A DNA stretch of 64,000 nucleotides from an uncultured bacterium (GCA_963840885.1 CAWJAN010000006.1:116530-180529); one strand, 5' to 3'. Counted from the first letter of the stretch, positions 10,759 through 21,407 are shown. Notes: generated by a model not told the origin, from the letters alone. A program made the numbers and translations.

Positions 10759-12909
10759 ATGAGTTCAATCTCAAAAAAATCAGTTGCATTAATACTCTTT
10801 ACCGTAATATTTTGCGGATTGGCCGGTTTTAATGTTGTAAGTGCCGATACTCCAAGCCCGACTCCTATACCGTCAAATTCTGCGCCAACTGCCATATCGG
10901 GATTGCAAAATATAAGCATTCCGAATTCAGCCACCCAAAATTCATCGACAGATAGTTGTTCTACATTTGATATAGGATGCTGGATTTTTCAAGCCAGTGT
11001 AACTACTATAGAAACTTTCCTTTTCAGCGTACTTAATGCCGTTCTTATTCTGCTTAATGTAGTGCTTGCATTTTTGCTAGGAGTGGTCGGCTGGTTATTC
11101 GATATAGTAATGCAATTTTCAACTGTCGGGCTTCATACTCTTTTCCAAATAAGCTCAATAAACACCGTATGGTCCTTAGTAAGAGATACCTTGAACGTAT
11201 TTTTCATATTCATGCTCCTTTATCTGGCCATACAGAAAATCATAGGAATCTGGGGAGTAAAAGCTCCCACGCAAATAGCAAATATAATATTGAGCGCCAT
11301 CTTCATAAACTTCAGCATGTTCATCGCAAAGTTCATAATAGATGTAGGCAATATATTCGCCATAACTTTTTACAACCTTCTTTCCGCACATGGCGGTTCG
11401 GTATCAGGATTTCTTGTGAATATTGCGGGCACGGGCGCATCTGTAGCTTCTACATCAACAAGCGCGGCAATGAACGTCGTAACGGCTTCTCTGACAAAAT
11501 TAACTATACCGGGAACATTGAATTCCGTGATAATAAACCTGATGGAAGCGTTCACATTGGGAGTGCTTATATATGTCTTCGGCTGGGCGATACTTATGTT
11601 TATAGGAAGAACCGTCATGCTTTTATATTATGTGATAACTTCTCCTATAGCCTTTGTGGGAAATACATTTCCAAGGCTTAAAAAAGAAGCTGACGAATGG
11701 TGGAACGGATTTGTGGACCAGATACTTGTCGCTCCGGTATTTCTATTTTTCATTTACATAATAATAACACTGACAAGCTCGACTGATTTTCAAAAAGCGA
11801 TAACGCCATCTTCATCCGCCACTCTGGTAAGCGGCGATTATAAGACTTTTTTCAGCTCATATATAACATTTATAATAGCCATCATGCTTATACTCCAGGC
11901 GCTAAAAGAAACAAAAAAACTAAGCGGAAAAGTGGCGCAAGGGGTGATTAATGTCGGCAAAGGAGCGATATTGGGAGGAGCCGCCATCGTAACCGGAGGA
12001 GCAGCGCTTTCTACAGGAACACTCGGAGTATTGTCCGGAGGAGTGGCATCAGGAGTATCAAAAATTACAGGGGGAAGAGTATCGAATGTGCTCGGCTTAA
12101 AGACCCTTTCGCAAAAAAGCTTGGGTGTTGCCAAAGGAATAGGAGAAACGGGCTACAAACTTGCCCAGGGTGAATATGAAGGAAGGCCTGGAATGCTTGG
12201 AACCCTTGCAAGATCAGCAAGAAAAGAAACATTGGGAGCTGTTGGAGCTGTTTCTGGCGGCTTGATAACAGAACAGGGGATTAAAGCTGAGCTTGCAAGG
12301 AAAGCTAATGAAGATACTAGAAAAGAAAGGGAATTAACTGAAAAGAAAGCGGCTCTTGAAAGCACTGATAAAGCTATTGAAAAAAGAGCGCAAGAAGCGG
12401 CTGAAAAAGAAACGAAAGAAAAGAAAGATAATTTGGAAAGTGAAAACAAGAGAGAGAAAGTGGAAAAAGAAAAAGCGGAACAGTGGCAAATTGATACTCA
12501 GCATGAAATGGCTAATCTGATGAATACTGGCCAGCCAGTACCAAAAGCTCTTAAAGACAGAGAGAAGCAGGCAAATGACAGACTAAGCAAGGCGACAGCA
12601 GAATTTGCTGATTCAACAAAGAGGTTACAAAACTTCTATGATAAGATGAGACAAAACTATACTAATATAGCTACGGCACTTGGAACATCTGAACACGAAG
12701 TCGCTAAAGAAATAGGAATGGCAAATAGGATTGGACCAGAAATAAAAGATTCCCAATTGGCAAGATTAAAACTCGGAACTGAAATAAAACAAGGCAAATG
12801 GAATACAAAATCCCTCTTAACTGCTATTGGAAGACTTTCGTTTACAAAGAAAGAGCAAGAAAGAACCGCTCAACAGCTATATAAAGGAACCGATGAAAAA
12901 AAATCTTAA
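10759..12909 (+). CDS. VirB6/TrbL-like polytopic membrane protein with C-terminal coiled coil
   Basis: Several TM helices; WSLVRDTLN and INFSMFIAKFIID motifs; Gly/Ala-rich segment, then charged coiled coil; virB4 nearby. Confidence 0.65.
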   Translation: MSSISKKSVALILFTVIFCGLAGFNVVSADTPSPTPIPSNSAPTAISGLQNISIPNSATQNSSTDSCSTFDIGCWIFQASVTTIETFLFSVLNAVLILLNVVLAFLLGVVGWLFDIVMQFSTVGLHTLFQISSINTVWSLVRDTLNVFFIFMLLYLAIQKIIGIWGVKAPTQIANIILSAIFINFSMFIAKFIIDVGNIFAITFYNLLSAHGGSVSGFLVNIAGTGASVASTSTSAAMNVVTASLTKLTIPGTLNSVIINLMEAFTLGVLIYVFGWAILMFIGRTVMLLYYVITSPIAFVGNTFPRLKKEADEWWNGFVDQILVAPVFLFFIYIIITLTSSTDFQKAITPSSSATLVSGDYKTFFSSYITFIIAIMLILQALKETKKLSGKVAQGVINVGKGAILGGAAIVTGGAALSTGTLGVLSGGVASGVSKITGGRVSNVLGLKTLSQKSLGVAKGIGETGYKLAQGEYEGRPGMLGTLARSARKETLGAVGAVSGGLITEQGIKAELARKANEDTRKERELTEKKAALESTDKAIEKRAQEAAEKETKEKKDNLESENKREKVEKEKAEQWQIDTQHEMANLMNTGQPVPKALKDREKQANDRLSKATAEFADSTKRLQNFYDKMRQNYTNIATALGTSEHEVAKEIGMANRIGPEIKDSQLARLKLGTEIKQGKWNTKSLLTAIGRLSFTKKEQERTAQQLYKGTDEKKS

Positions 12910-12929
12910 TCAATTAAAATAATAATGAT

Positions 12930-13694
12930 ATGGACAACGATGATATAAATCTTGAAGAACAATTTAAAAATCTGCCGCCTGAACTGCAGAAAGCGATTTC
13001 TTCCGTGGATTTGTCGGATAAACTCCAGCAGATAACAAGAAATGAGAAGCTTCTCATAGATCAGGCCGATGCTGTTCAAAAAGAAACTCTTTTAGTTCTT
13101 TTAGGCATAAATCCGATTGACGACTATATAAACAATATTGGAAAAAACGCCGGGCTCGACAAGAATACTGCTCTGAAGGTCGCACACGATGCTGATGAGC
13201 TCATCTTCAAAAATGTCCGTGAAAACCTGAAAGTAATAAGCCAGCAGATTTCTTTGGAAGAAAATGCTGAAATTTCGGAAAAAAACAATATTCCAAAGCA
13301 AAGCGATGTGCTTGCAGGCATAGAAAATCCATCGGGAATAAAAAATGAAGGTTCAGTTTCCGTAAGCTCAATGCCCTCAAATAATCCGGAAGAAAAAAGC
13401 CCTGAGTATGTGCCTTTCAATAAAGGAATAGAGATAAGGAAAGAAATCACTCCTGAGATAGAGCCTGAAATGCTGCCTGCGGTTGAACCTGGGGAAGGAC
13501 CGAAAAATAATCCTGTTAAGCCGGAAATGTATAGTGAAAATATTCCGCCTGTGGCAAATATAGTCGAGTCAAAAATGACAGGTGAGGTCGCGGTGCCTAA
13601 AAAAGAAATCGTCATAGAAGAAAAAAGCAAGCTTCCGGAAGTAAAAACTGCTCCTTCTTCTGGAGAAGATCCTTATAGGGAGCCGATAGAATAA
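12930..13694 (+). CDS. Hypothetical protein (helical N-domain, Pro/Glu-rich linker, C-terminal DPYREPIE)
   Basis: 254-aa ORF directly upstream of the PrgI-like gene. Confidence 0.65.
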   Translation: MDNDDINLEEQFKNLPPELQKAISSVDLSDKLQQITRNEKLLIDQADAVQKETLLVLLGINPIDDYINNIGKNAGLDKNTALKVAHDADELIFKNVRENLKVISQQISLEENAEISEKNNIPKQSDVLAGIENPSGIKNEGSVSVSSMPSNNPEEKSPEYVPFNKGIEIRKEITPEIEPEMLPAVEPGEGPKNNPVKPEMYSENIPPVANIVESKMTGEVAVPKKEIVIEEKSKLPEVKTAPSSGEDPYREPIE

Positions 13695-13700
13695 AAAATT

Positions 13701-14132
13701 ATGCAATTCCAAGTACCACAATTCATAGAAGTCGAGGACAGGATTTTCGGTCCTCTCACGCTTAAGCAATTCATCTATCTTGCCGGCGGAGCGGGCGGCT
13801 CGGTGGCTATTTGGCTGTTTATTCCGTTTAAAATAATCGCTGTGATTTTTATTCTTCCTCTTCTGGCTTTCGCCCTGGCGCTAGCTTTCTATAAGATAAA
13901 CGGAAAGCCTTTCATAGATGTGGTCCAGGCGGCATTCTACTATGCTCTGGGAAGCAAGCTATATCTCTGGAAAAAAGAAAATAAGGCTCCGGCAAATACT
14001 CCGGATGAGATAGCTGCGGCCAAATCCACGCTTATTGTGCCAAAAATTTCCGAAAGCAAGCTGAAGGATTTGACCTGGAGCCTCGATGTGAAAGAATCGC
14101 TTAATCCCGTAACTCGCGACGAAGATAAATGA
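13701..14132 (+). CDS. PrgI family (VirB3-like) membrane protein
   Basis: MQFQVPQFIEVEDRIFGPLTLKQF followed by two TMs. Confidence 0.8.
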   Translation: MQFQVPQFIEVEDRIFGPLTLKQFIYLAGGAGGSVAIWLFIPFKIIAVIFILPLLAFALALAFYKINGKPFIDVVQAAFYYALGSKLYLWKKENKAPANTPDEIAAAKSTLIVPKISESKLKDLTWSLDVKESLNPVTRDEDK

Positions 14133-14188
14133 TAATAAACAAGGCATTTTTACGAATTTAGAGATTTTAGGTTATAATTATATTTGTA

Positions 14189-14833
14189 ATGGCAGCTTCA
14201 CAAGCAACCCAGGAATTCGTACCGGTAAAAGAAATCCGGGAAGGAATAGTTACGCTCAAAGACGGCTCGCTCCGTGCAGTCCTTTTGGCGTCTTCAGTAA
14301 ACTTCGCCCTTAAATCCACAGAAGAACAGCAGGCTATAATACTTCAATTCCAGAATTTCCTTAACGGCTTGGATTTTTCAATACAGATATGCATCCAATC
14401 CAGAGACTTGGACATAAGGCCGTACATAGCGCTGCTTGAAGGAAGATACAAGAATGAAGTTGGAGACCTTATGAAGATACAGATAAGGGAATATATAAAA
14501 TTCGTCAAAAGCTTCGTCGAGCAGACCAATATAATGACGAAAACTTTCTTCATAGTCATTCCATTTTCAGAAGTAGTTACGGCTGAATCGAGCAAAAATG
14601 CTCTTTCCGGACTTCTGGGAGGAAAAAAATCCGGTGCAAAAACTGGAGCTTCAGACAACTTTGAAGAGCTCAGAAGCCAGCTGGAGCAAAGGATAAGCGC
14701 AATATCACAAGGCCTTACAAGATGCGGAATAAGGACAATCCAGCTCGGCACACAAGAGGTCACCGAACTTTTCTACAAGACATTCAATCCGGGAGAGCTT
14801 GATAAGCCTATGATGCCCCAGGCTGGAAATTAA
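14189..14833 (+). CDS. TraC/VirB4-associated protein (VirB4 N-terminal-like)
   Basis: SSVNFALKSTEEQQAII..FQNFLN.LDFSIQI; lies between the PrgI-like gene and virB4. Confidence 0.65.
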   Translation: MAASQATQEFVPVKEIREGIVTLKDGSLRAVLLASSVNFALKSTEEQQAIILQFQNFLNGLDFSIQICIQSRDLDIRPYIALLEGRYKNEVGDLMKIQIREYIKFVKSFVEQTNIMTKTFFIVIPFSEVVTAESSKNALSGLLGGKKSGAKTGASDNFEELRSQLEQRISAISQGLTRCGIRTIQLGTQEVTELFYKTFNPGELDKPMMPQAGN

Positions 14834-14837
14834 AAAT

Positions 14838-16673
14838 ATGGCCATATTGGATTTTTTAAAAAAGAATAAGGAAAACGAGCAGAAAGAAGAGAATAAGATG
14901 ACATCTTTTCTCCCTCAAGAGATTTATGAATCTGCCGTTTTGGAATTGCAGGACGTGATAGCGCCTTCGGCCCTGAAAGTTTCGCCTAAAGAGCTCAATC
15001 TCGGCGAAAAAATCGTGCGTTCGTTTTTCGTCATATCATATCCGAGATTCCTTACGGAAAGCTGGTTTTCCCCAATAATAAACCTGGACAAGGTTTTCAA
15101 TATAGCAATATTCATACATCCTATAGATACGGTAAAAGTGCTCAGGCAATTCCAGAAAAAAGTCGCCGAAGTGCAAAGCCAGATAAGGGATAGGGAAGCA
15201 AAGGGTCTTGTACGGGATCCGATGCTAGATACCGCTTATCAGGATCTTGAATCTCTGCGAGACCAGCTCCAGCAAGCCCAGGAAAAGCTTTTTGATGTCG
15301 GATTGTATATAACATTGTATGGCGATACGGAAGAAGAAATAGACAAAGTGGAAACGGAAATAAAATCCATACTTGAATCCAGGCTTATATATGTAAAACC
15401 GGCGCTATTCCAGCAGGAACAAGGATTCAAAAGCATTCTGCCGATAGCAACCGATCTTCTGGATGTACATTCCAAGCTCAATTCTTCTCCGCTTTCCAGT
15501 ATCTTTCCTTTCGTTTCTTTCGACCTCACCTCCGACAAAGGAATTCTTTACGGTATCAACAGGCACAATGCGAGCTTGGTCCTTTTCGACCGATTCTCGC
15601 TTGAAAACTACAATTCCATAATGTTTGCCAAATCCGGTTCCGGAAAATCCTACTGCACGAAACTGGAAATAATAAGCACGCTGATGTTCGATACCGATGT
15701 CATCGTCATCGATCCGGAAAGGGAATATGAATTTCTTGCCGAAGCCACAGGGGGAAAATCTTTCAATATTTCCCTCAATTCCGACGAGCCATATCAACCC
15801 ATTCGATCTTCCGGCTCCAAAAGAAGATGAATCGCCGGCGGATGTCCTTGCGTTCAATATCATCAACCTGGTCGGACTTTTCAGAATAATGCTTGGCAGG
15901 GCTTACTCCGGAAGAAGACGCTATTGTCGACAAGGCTATAACCGAAACATATGCGCTTAAGGACATAACTCCAGACTCTGATTTTTCCAATGTAGAACCG
16001 CCGCTTCTTTCGGACTTTGAACTGGTCCTTACCGGAATGAAAGGCGCCGAATCGCTCGTGCAAAGGCTTTCAAAATACACGAGGGGCACTTGGGCTGGAT
16101 TTCTAAACAGACCGACTAATGTGGACATCAACTACAAATTCATCGTTTTCTCCATCCGAGACATGGAAGACGAACTCAAGCCGGTTGCCATGTACATTAT
16201 TACTCACTATATCTGGAATGCAATAAGAAGAACCACGAAAAAAAGGCTTCTTGTCGTCGACGAAGCTTGGTGGATGATGAAATCCGAAGATACAGCATCA
16301 TTCCTTTTCTCGCTCGCAAAAAGAGGAAGAAAATACTATTTGGGACTTGCGACAATCACCCAGGACGTGGAGGACTTCCTCAAATCGCCTTACGGACTTG
16401 CCTATCGTTACGAACTCATCCATCCAGATTCTTCTGAAACAGTCGCCGACCGTCATAGATAATCTGCAAAAAGTATTCAATCTGACCGATGAAGAGAAAT
16501 ATCTTCTTCTTGAATCGGATGTCGGGGAAGGAATGTTCTTTGTCGGCCTGAAACACGTTGCCATCAAAATTATCGCTTCATATACCGAAGACCAGATCAT
16601 CACTTCCGATCCATCCCAGCTTTTAAACATCAAGAAGGCCAAAGAAGAGCTTAAAATGGCGCAGAACGCCTAG
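14838..16673 (+). CDS. virB4: VirB4-like T4SS ATPase (~610 aa) interrupted by three +1 frameshifts, probably sequencing errors
   Basis: Walker A AKSGSGKS, VIDPEREY, HINPFD, Walker B LLVVDEAW, KRGRKY, TITQDVEDF, NSSIQILLKQ spread over four frame segments; shifts near 15781, 15898, 16399. Confidence 0.85.
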
Positions 16674-16706
16674 GAAAAACCCGTTACGGGTGATAAAATA
16701 TCATCA

Positions 16707-17474
16707 ATGGTCTTAAAAAGATTTTTCATATTTTTTTTGACATTTATCGCTTTTATGTCCCTACGAAGCGTCTTTGCTTTTGCCCAGGAAACTTCGACAA
16801 CGACCCAGGCGCTACCTTCAGGGAAAGTCGAAATTTTCGTAGAGCCTCTTTCTTATATTCCTCCTTTTTATAAAGGCCTGCCGCTCTTTTCAAACGAAGG
16901 GACTGTAAAAATATTCGCTTTCACGGATATCGCCCAAAATGGGCAATCAGTATCATCCGACAATCTATCTTTTAAGTGGACAGAAAACGGGATAGTCTTG
17001 GGAAGCGAATCGGGACTGGGAAAAAATGTCCTTATGATTGATTCCGCGCTCATGCTTAAAGCTCCGGAAATAAATCTGGACGTGCTAGATTCCGACGGCA
17101 ACCTGATAACAAGCGCATCTTTGATAGTAAATATAAATAATCCTCAGGTGCTTTTCTACCAAAACAGCCCTCTTTACGGAGTTCTGTTCAATAATTCTTT
17201 GAATAACGGCTTCAATCTTGGAACCAATGAAGAATTAAATGTTATGGCGAAGCCTTTCTTTTTCAGCGTGCCCAGCGATATTTCCGGAGACCTCAATTAC
17301 TCGTGGTCAGTGAACGGAAGCGCTGTGAATTATTCCGGACAGAAAAATTCCTTGCTGCTCAGGCAGACTACCCAGGGACAGAGCGGGGTTTCGTCTGTAT
17401 CTCTCGATATAAATGATTCCGTTAATGATTTTCAGTCGGCAAGCGGAAATTTTAATGTAAGTTTCGGAAAATAA
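16707..17474 (+). CDS. Secreted beta-rich protein
   Basis: Signal peptide (AFA|Q); SYIPPFYKG motif; Ig-like W-containing strands. Confidence 0.6.
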   Translation: MVLKRFFIFFLTFIAFMSLRSVFAFAQETSTTTQALPSGKVEIFVEPLSYIPPFYKGLPLFSNEGTVKIFAFTDIAQNGQSVSSDNLSFKWTENGIVLGSESGLGKNVLMIDSALMLKAPEINLDVLDSDGNLITSASLIVNINNPQVLFYQNSPLYGVLFNNSLNNGFNLGTNEELNVMAKPFFFSVPSDISGDLNYSWSVNGSAVNYSGQKNSLLLRQTTQGQSGVSSVSLDINDSVNDFQSASGNFNVSFGK

Positions 17475-17475
17475 A

Positions 17476-18507
17476 ATGAAAATTAATAATTTTAAAAAAA
17501 TAATATCGTTGGCGGTGACTTTTCTTTCTTTTCCGTTTTTATCATCGGCTCAAACAATACAAAATTATATACCTATAAGCGGCGATAATTCGATTCAAAG
17601 CCTTGGCTTGCAGGGAACAACCAATAATCTAGGCGCGTTTTTGGGAGCCGTATATAACGTGGGAATAGCGGCAGCCGTAGCGCTTACGGTCATAATGCTT
17701 ATTTGGGGCGGAATAGAAAAGATGACGACTGAATCATATACCGGAAAAAGCAAGGCCAATGAAAGGATGAAAAATGCAGTATACGGGCTTATATTGGCTT
17801 TAACTTCCTATGTCATACTTTATATTATCAATCCATGCCTTGTTCAATTTGTAGGCAACGGATGCAACAATGCATTATTGAAAGGATCATCAGGATCGAG
17901 TAATACTTCCGGCGGAACAAGTTCAAATGTTCCAAGCACGACTGAATTCGGCGGATACAATGAACCGGTAAATAATTCTCAAGTAACGGTAGGTTCATTT
18001 GTAAATACAGGAACAAACGGCGGAACAAGCGTAGGCGGCTCTGGAAGCGGCGTTACGAGCGGATCGGTCAATCTATTGTCCGATTCTTCAGCAAAAAATT
18101 TACTTTCAATCGCGGCGATAACTGTTCAAAATCCTGCAACCTGCTCTGTCGGCACGAGTTCGCCGTGCATATCGCTTGAAGGATTGCCGCAAAATGCAGT
18201 AGACGGACTGATTGCCGCGCAAAATTACTGCAATAACAATTATGGCGCCGGATGCATTGCGGTTATAGGAGGAACTGAGCAAGGGCACCAAGCCGTCGGC
18301 GGACAAGGATCGGGATATGCGACTGTGGACATAAATTATTCCGACAACGCAAAAAATGCCCTCATAAATGCGGATGGCCTTACGGAATCGCAAAACTTCG
18401 GCGGAGGAACATCGAGAGGAATATTCACTTGCGAACCGCAAGAAAACGGGACAACAGCAATATCATGTGAAGCGAGCGGAGCAAAGGTAATTCATATACA
18501 ATTTTAA
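17476..18507 (+). CDS. VirB2/TrbC-like pilin with a C-terminal extracellular domain
   Basis: Signal peptide; two hydrophobic helices flanking WGGIEKMTT..KSKANERMKNAVYGL..ILYIINP; S/G/T linker; Cys-containing C-domain. Confidence 0.7.
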   Translation: MKINNFKKIISLAVTFLSFPFLSSAQTIQNYIPISGDNSIQSLGLQGTTNNLGAFLGAVYNVGIAAAVALTVIMLIWGGIEKMTTESYTGKSKANERMKNAVYGLILALTSYVILYIINPCLVQFVGNGCNNALLKGSSGSSNTSGGTSSNVPSTTEFGGYNEPVNNSQVTVGSFVNTGTNGGTSVGGSGSGVTSGSVNLLSDSSAKNLLSIAAITVQNPATCSVGTSSPCISLEGLPQNAVDGLIAAQNYCNNNYGAGCIAVIGGTEQGHQAVGGQGSGYATVDINYSDNAKNALINADGLTESQNFGGGTSRGIFTCEPQENGTTAISCEASGAKVIHIQF

Positions 18508-18510
18508 ATT

Positions 18511-19782
18511 ATGTCCAGAAGAAATACCATAATAATAGTGCTTACAATAATCTTCGTAATGATGGGCGTTCTGATTTTTTGGTATTCGAGCACTAATAAG
18601 AATATTTCCGGAACTACGGGAACAAGTGGTTCGACTACTTCTCCTTTCGGAAACACTTCCGGCAACAAATTCGTAAGTGTAATAAATTCCACGACCACAG
18701 AAGCAAATTCCCAATCAGGCCAATCTGGACAAGAAAATTCACAGAAGCCTCTTCTTATACAGATTTATAAAAATCCGGTATCCGGCGATATTTTCTTTGC
18801 AAATAAATCCGGACAGGATGTCCTCAGATTCATAGACAGGGCAGTGGGCAATGCATATGAATATGTTCCTGCATCAAACACGGCTCCGATGAGACTTACA
18901 AATACCACCATACCTAAAATAGAAGAAGCGGTATGGTCATCAAACGGAGAAAATGTTCTTTTAAGGACACTTGAAAACGATTCGGACAATATAAGCACTT
19001 TTTCCGGAAAAATAAATCCTGCCGGCACAAGCAGCCAGCCTGGAGAGATGGCTGGAACATTTCTGGCTTCCAATATAACGGAAGCGGCAATAAATCCTTC
19101 AGGAAACAGAGTTTTTGAATTGAATACGAAACCTTCTGGCGCCGGTTCCTTCGGTATTACCGCTATCTTCGACGGATCGAATAAAAAACAGGTTTTTGAT
19201 TCTCCAATAACATATTGGAACATCTCCTGGCCGAATGATTCTCTTTTGGCATTCAATACCAAGCCTAGCTCGGATTATTCCGGTTATCTTTTCTTCTTCA
19301 ATATGCAGACCGGATCTATGAGCGAAATCCTTGGAAACATGGCGGGCCTGTCTACTGTCACAAACAGCGATGCAAGCATGATCGCTTATTCGCAAAGCCA
19401 GGATAACGGTTTTTCGCTAAATATCTACGACAATAAGAAAAAAATTGCGGAAAATATTTCTTTGCCTACTTTAGCCGATAAATGCATCTGGGGAAGCAAA
19501 GACAATACCGTACTATATTGCGCCGTCCCGATAAGCATAAATCCTGATAAATATCCCGATTCATGGTATCAAGGCTCTGAAACTTTCTCCGACGATATAT
19601 GGAAAATAGACGCGCAAAAACAAGAGATAAGCCTCGTATACCAGATAGGATCAAGCGGAGCGGATTATGTGGACGCAACAGATCTGAAAATAAGCCCGGA
19701 TGACAATTATCTTGCCTTCACAAATAAAAAAGATCTCAGCCTGTGGGTCCTGAATGTTTCAGGCGCTTCATCGGCACAATAA
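18511..19782 (+). CDS. Membrane-anchored TolB-like beta-propeller protein
   Basis: N-terminal TM; repeated WSSNG/INPSG/ISWP/ISPDD blade motifs. Confidence 0.6.
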   Translation: MSRRNTIIIVLTIIFVMMGVLIFWYSSTNKNISGTTGTSGSTTSPFGNTSGNKFVSVINSTTTEANSQSGQSGQENSQKPLLIQIYKNPVSGDIFFANKSGQDVLRFIDRAVGNAYEYVPASNTAPMRLTNTTIPKIEEAVWSSNGENVLLRTLENDSDNISTFSGKINPAGTSSQPGEMAGTFLASNITEAAINPSGNRVFELNTKPSGAGSFGITAIFDGSNKKQVFDSPITYWNISWPNDSLLAFNTKPSSDYSGYLFFFNMQTGSMSEILGNMAGLSTVTNSDASMIAYSQSQDNGFSLNIYDNKKKIAENISLPTLADKCIWGSKDNTVLYCAVPISINPDKYPDSWYQGSETFSDDIWKIDAQKQEISLVYQIGSSGADYVDATDLKISPDDNYLAFTNKKDLSLWVLNVSGASSAQ

Positions 19783-19807
19783 AACCGGATGATATCCGGT
19801 TTTATTG
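19777..19807. terminator. Bidirectional terminator
   Basis: caataaaaccggat-gat-atccggttttattg between convergent stops. Confidence 0.75.
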
Positions 19808-20272
19808 TTGCTGTTCTATATACTTTATGACGACTCTTCTGTCTCTTCCTTCTCCTAGCGATTCGGTCTTTATATTAGGCTCTTCGGAAAGTGTCCCGTG
19901 TATGATAAGCCTTTCATAAGAAGACATGGGCTCCATTTCAATATTTGATTTCATATCTCTGGCTCTTCCGGCAAGCATTTTGGCTTGAAGCTTCAATTTT
20001 TCCGCAAGACCTGATCTGTAATCGTTTACGTCTATGAAAAAATCAGGATGACCTTCACCGAGTCTTTTTTCTGCAATTCTTTTTATAAGATGTGAAAAAG
20101 CATTAAAAGTATCGCCTCTGTCTCCTATAAGCAGCCCTGAATCTCCTGTTTTAACTATAAAAACGGTATTTTTCGTCATGGGATCGATTTCTGTATCTAT
20201 TGAATCATATGACAAAGCCATCGATTCCAGAACTTCTTTTATTAGGTTTTTTACTTCATTTTCCTTTAGCAT
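19802..20272 (-). CDS. jag: Jag/KhpB (EloR) KH-R3H RNA-binding protein, short form
   Basis: LLIGDRGDT, IDVNDYR, EPMSSYERLIIH, TESLGEGRDRRVVI; follows yidC. Confidence 0.88.
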   Translation of the reverse strand: MLKENEVKNLIKEVLESMALSYDSIDTEIDPMTKNTVFIVKTGDSGLLIGDRGDTFNAFSHLIKRIAEKRLGEGHPDFFIDVNDYRSGLAEKLKLQAKMLAGRARDMKSNIEMEPMSSYERLIIHGTLSEEPNIKTESLGEGRDRRVVIKYIEQQQ

Positions 20273-20281
20273 GACTCTTAT

Positions 20282-21025
20282 TTATTTGATACCAGATTGT
20301 ATTCCTTTAGTAAAGCCGTACTTTCTTCTCATATAAAGTTCCTGGCCTATGGCGAAAAGGCTTGCTGTTATCAGATAAATGGCGACTACGGCCGGCAAAT
20401 TGTTGGCAATGAGGAAGATTACGACAGGCATTACGAATTTCATCTGCATACTCATGCTTCTTGAAAGATCGTCCTTGAAATTCGAATCCTTAGACTCTTT
20501 CTTCGGCTGTTTCGGCATCGTAAACTGTATCTGGAAATACTGTGCTATTCCGGTGATGACGGCAAAATAAATATTCTTATCAGCTACATTGGCTCCTAAA
20601 AAATTCATATTTATGATACCCGGCGTTATTGTAAACGGATATAGCACCGTATGATCTATAACCGGTAATCCGCCTTTGGCAAAAATATAATATAATGCGA
20701 CAAGGACCGGAAACTGTATGAGCATCAGAAAAATTCCCGCAAACGGATTTATATTCTTATTTTTGTAAACTTCCATTATCTTTTCCGCCTGCAGAGATTT
20801 ATTATCCTTATATTTAAGCTTTATCTCATTGAGTTCAGGCTCTATCCTTTTCATTTCAAACTGCGTCCTGACTGATTTTTGCGACAAAGGGAATAGTATT
20901 ATCTTTACTATTACTGTAAAACCTATGACGGCAAGGCCCACGCTATTGTAGGGAAGCATGGCTATAAAAAATATCAGGCCGTTATAAAGCGGCGCATAGA
21001 AAACACTTGTGAAAAAAGCGTGCAT
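20282..21025 (-). CDS. yidC: Membrane protein insertase YidC
   Basis: FTVIVKIILFPL, INPFAG..LIQFPV; rpmH-rnpA-yidC-jag synteny. Confidence 0.92.
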   Translation of the reverse strand: MHAFFTSVFYAPLYNGLIFFIAMLPYNSVGLAVIGFTVIVKIILFPLSQKSVRTQFEMKRIEPELNEIKLKYKDNKSLQAEKIMEVYKNKNINPFAGIFLMLIQFPVLVALYYIFAKGGLPVIDHTVLYPFTITPGIINMNFLGANVADKNIYFAVITGIAQYFQIQFTMPKQPKKESKDSNFKDDLSRSMSMQMKFVMPVVIFLIANNLPAVVAIYLITASLFAIGQELYMRRKYGFTKGIQSGIK

Positions 21026-21065
21026 GGAACAATTCTATATGAAAACCGGTTTTTAGACAAACGAG

Positions 21066-21407
21066 CTATATTATTCCGCCTCTTTTAGCTATATCCTCTA
21101 TGTCTTTTTTTATGTCAGCCTGAGAAATCTCTTTTACGGATTTTTTTGAAAAAAATACGGCGGTTTTTACGAAACCGGGTTTTATTTTGTTCAAAAAACT
21201 TTCTATAACGGCGCTGGCCCGTCTTTTTATCAAATGCCTTCCGACTGAAGTCTTTTCGGTTTTCTTTGATACGATAATGGCAAATCCGGCTTTATTCAGG
21301 CTGTTTCCGGATATTTTTGCGTAAAAATAGTCTCCGGGAATATTCTTTCCGTTTTTTACAGCCGCTTCTATGTCTTTTCTTGAAGCTCTAAGTTTCTTTG
21401 CAAGCAT
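21066..21407 (-). CDS. rnpA: Ribonuclease P protein component
   Basis: MLAKKLR.., GFAIIVSKK..KTSVGRHLIKRR (RNR-motif variant); synteny. Confidence 0.85.
   Translation of the reverse strand: MLAKKLRASRKDIEAAVKNGKNIPGDYFYAKISGNSLNKAGFAIIVSKKTEKTSVGRHLIKRRASAVIESFLNKIKPGFVKTAVFFSKKSVKEISQADIKKDIEDIAKRGGII

Noticed and set aside
15770-16410. Programmed frameshifting or pseudogenisation of virB4
   Set aside because: No slippery heptamers at the shifts, all motifs are intact, and similar indels hit dnaN and ruvB; sequencing error is simpler.
7589-19782. Integrative conjugative element or prophage
   Set aside because: No integrase, relaxase, att repeats or phage genes; flanked by core genes.
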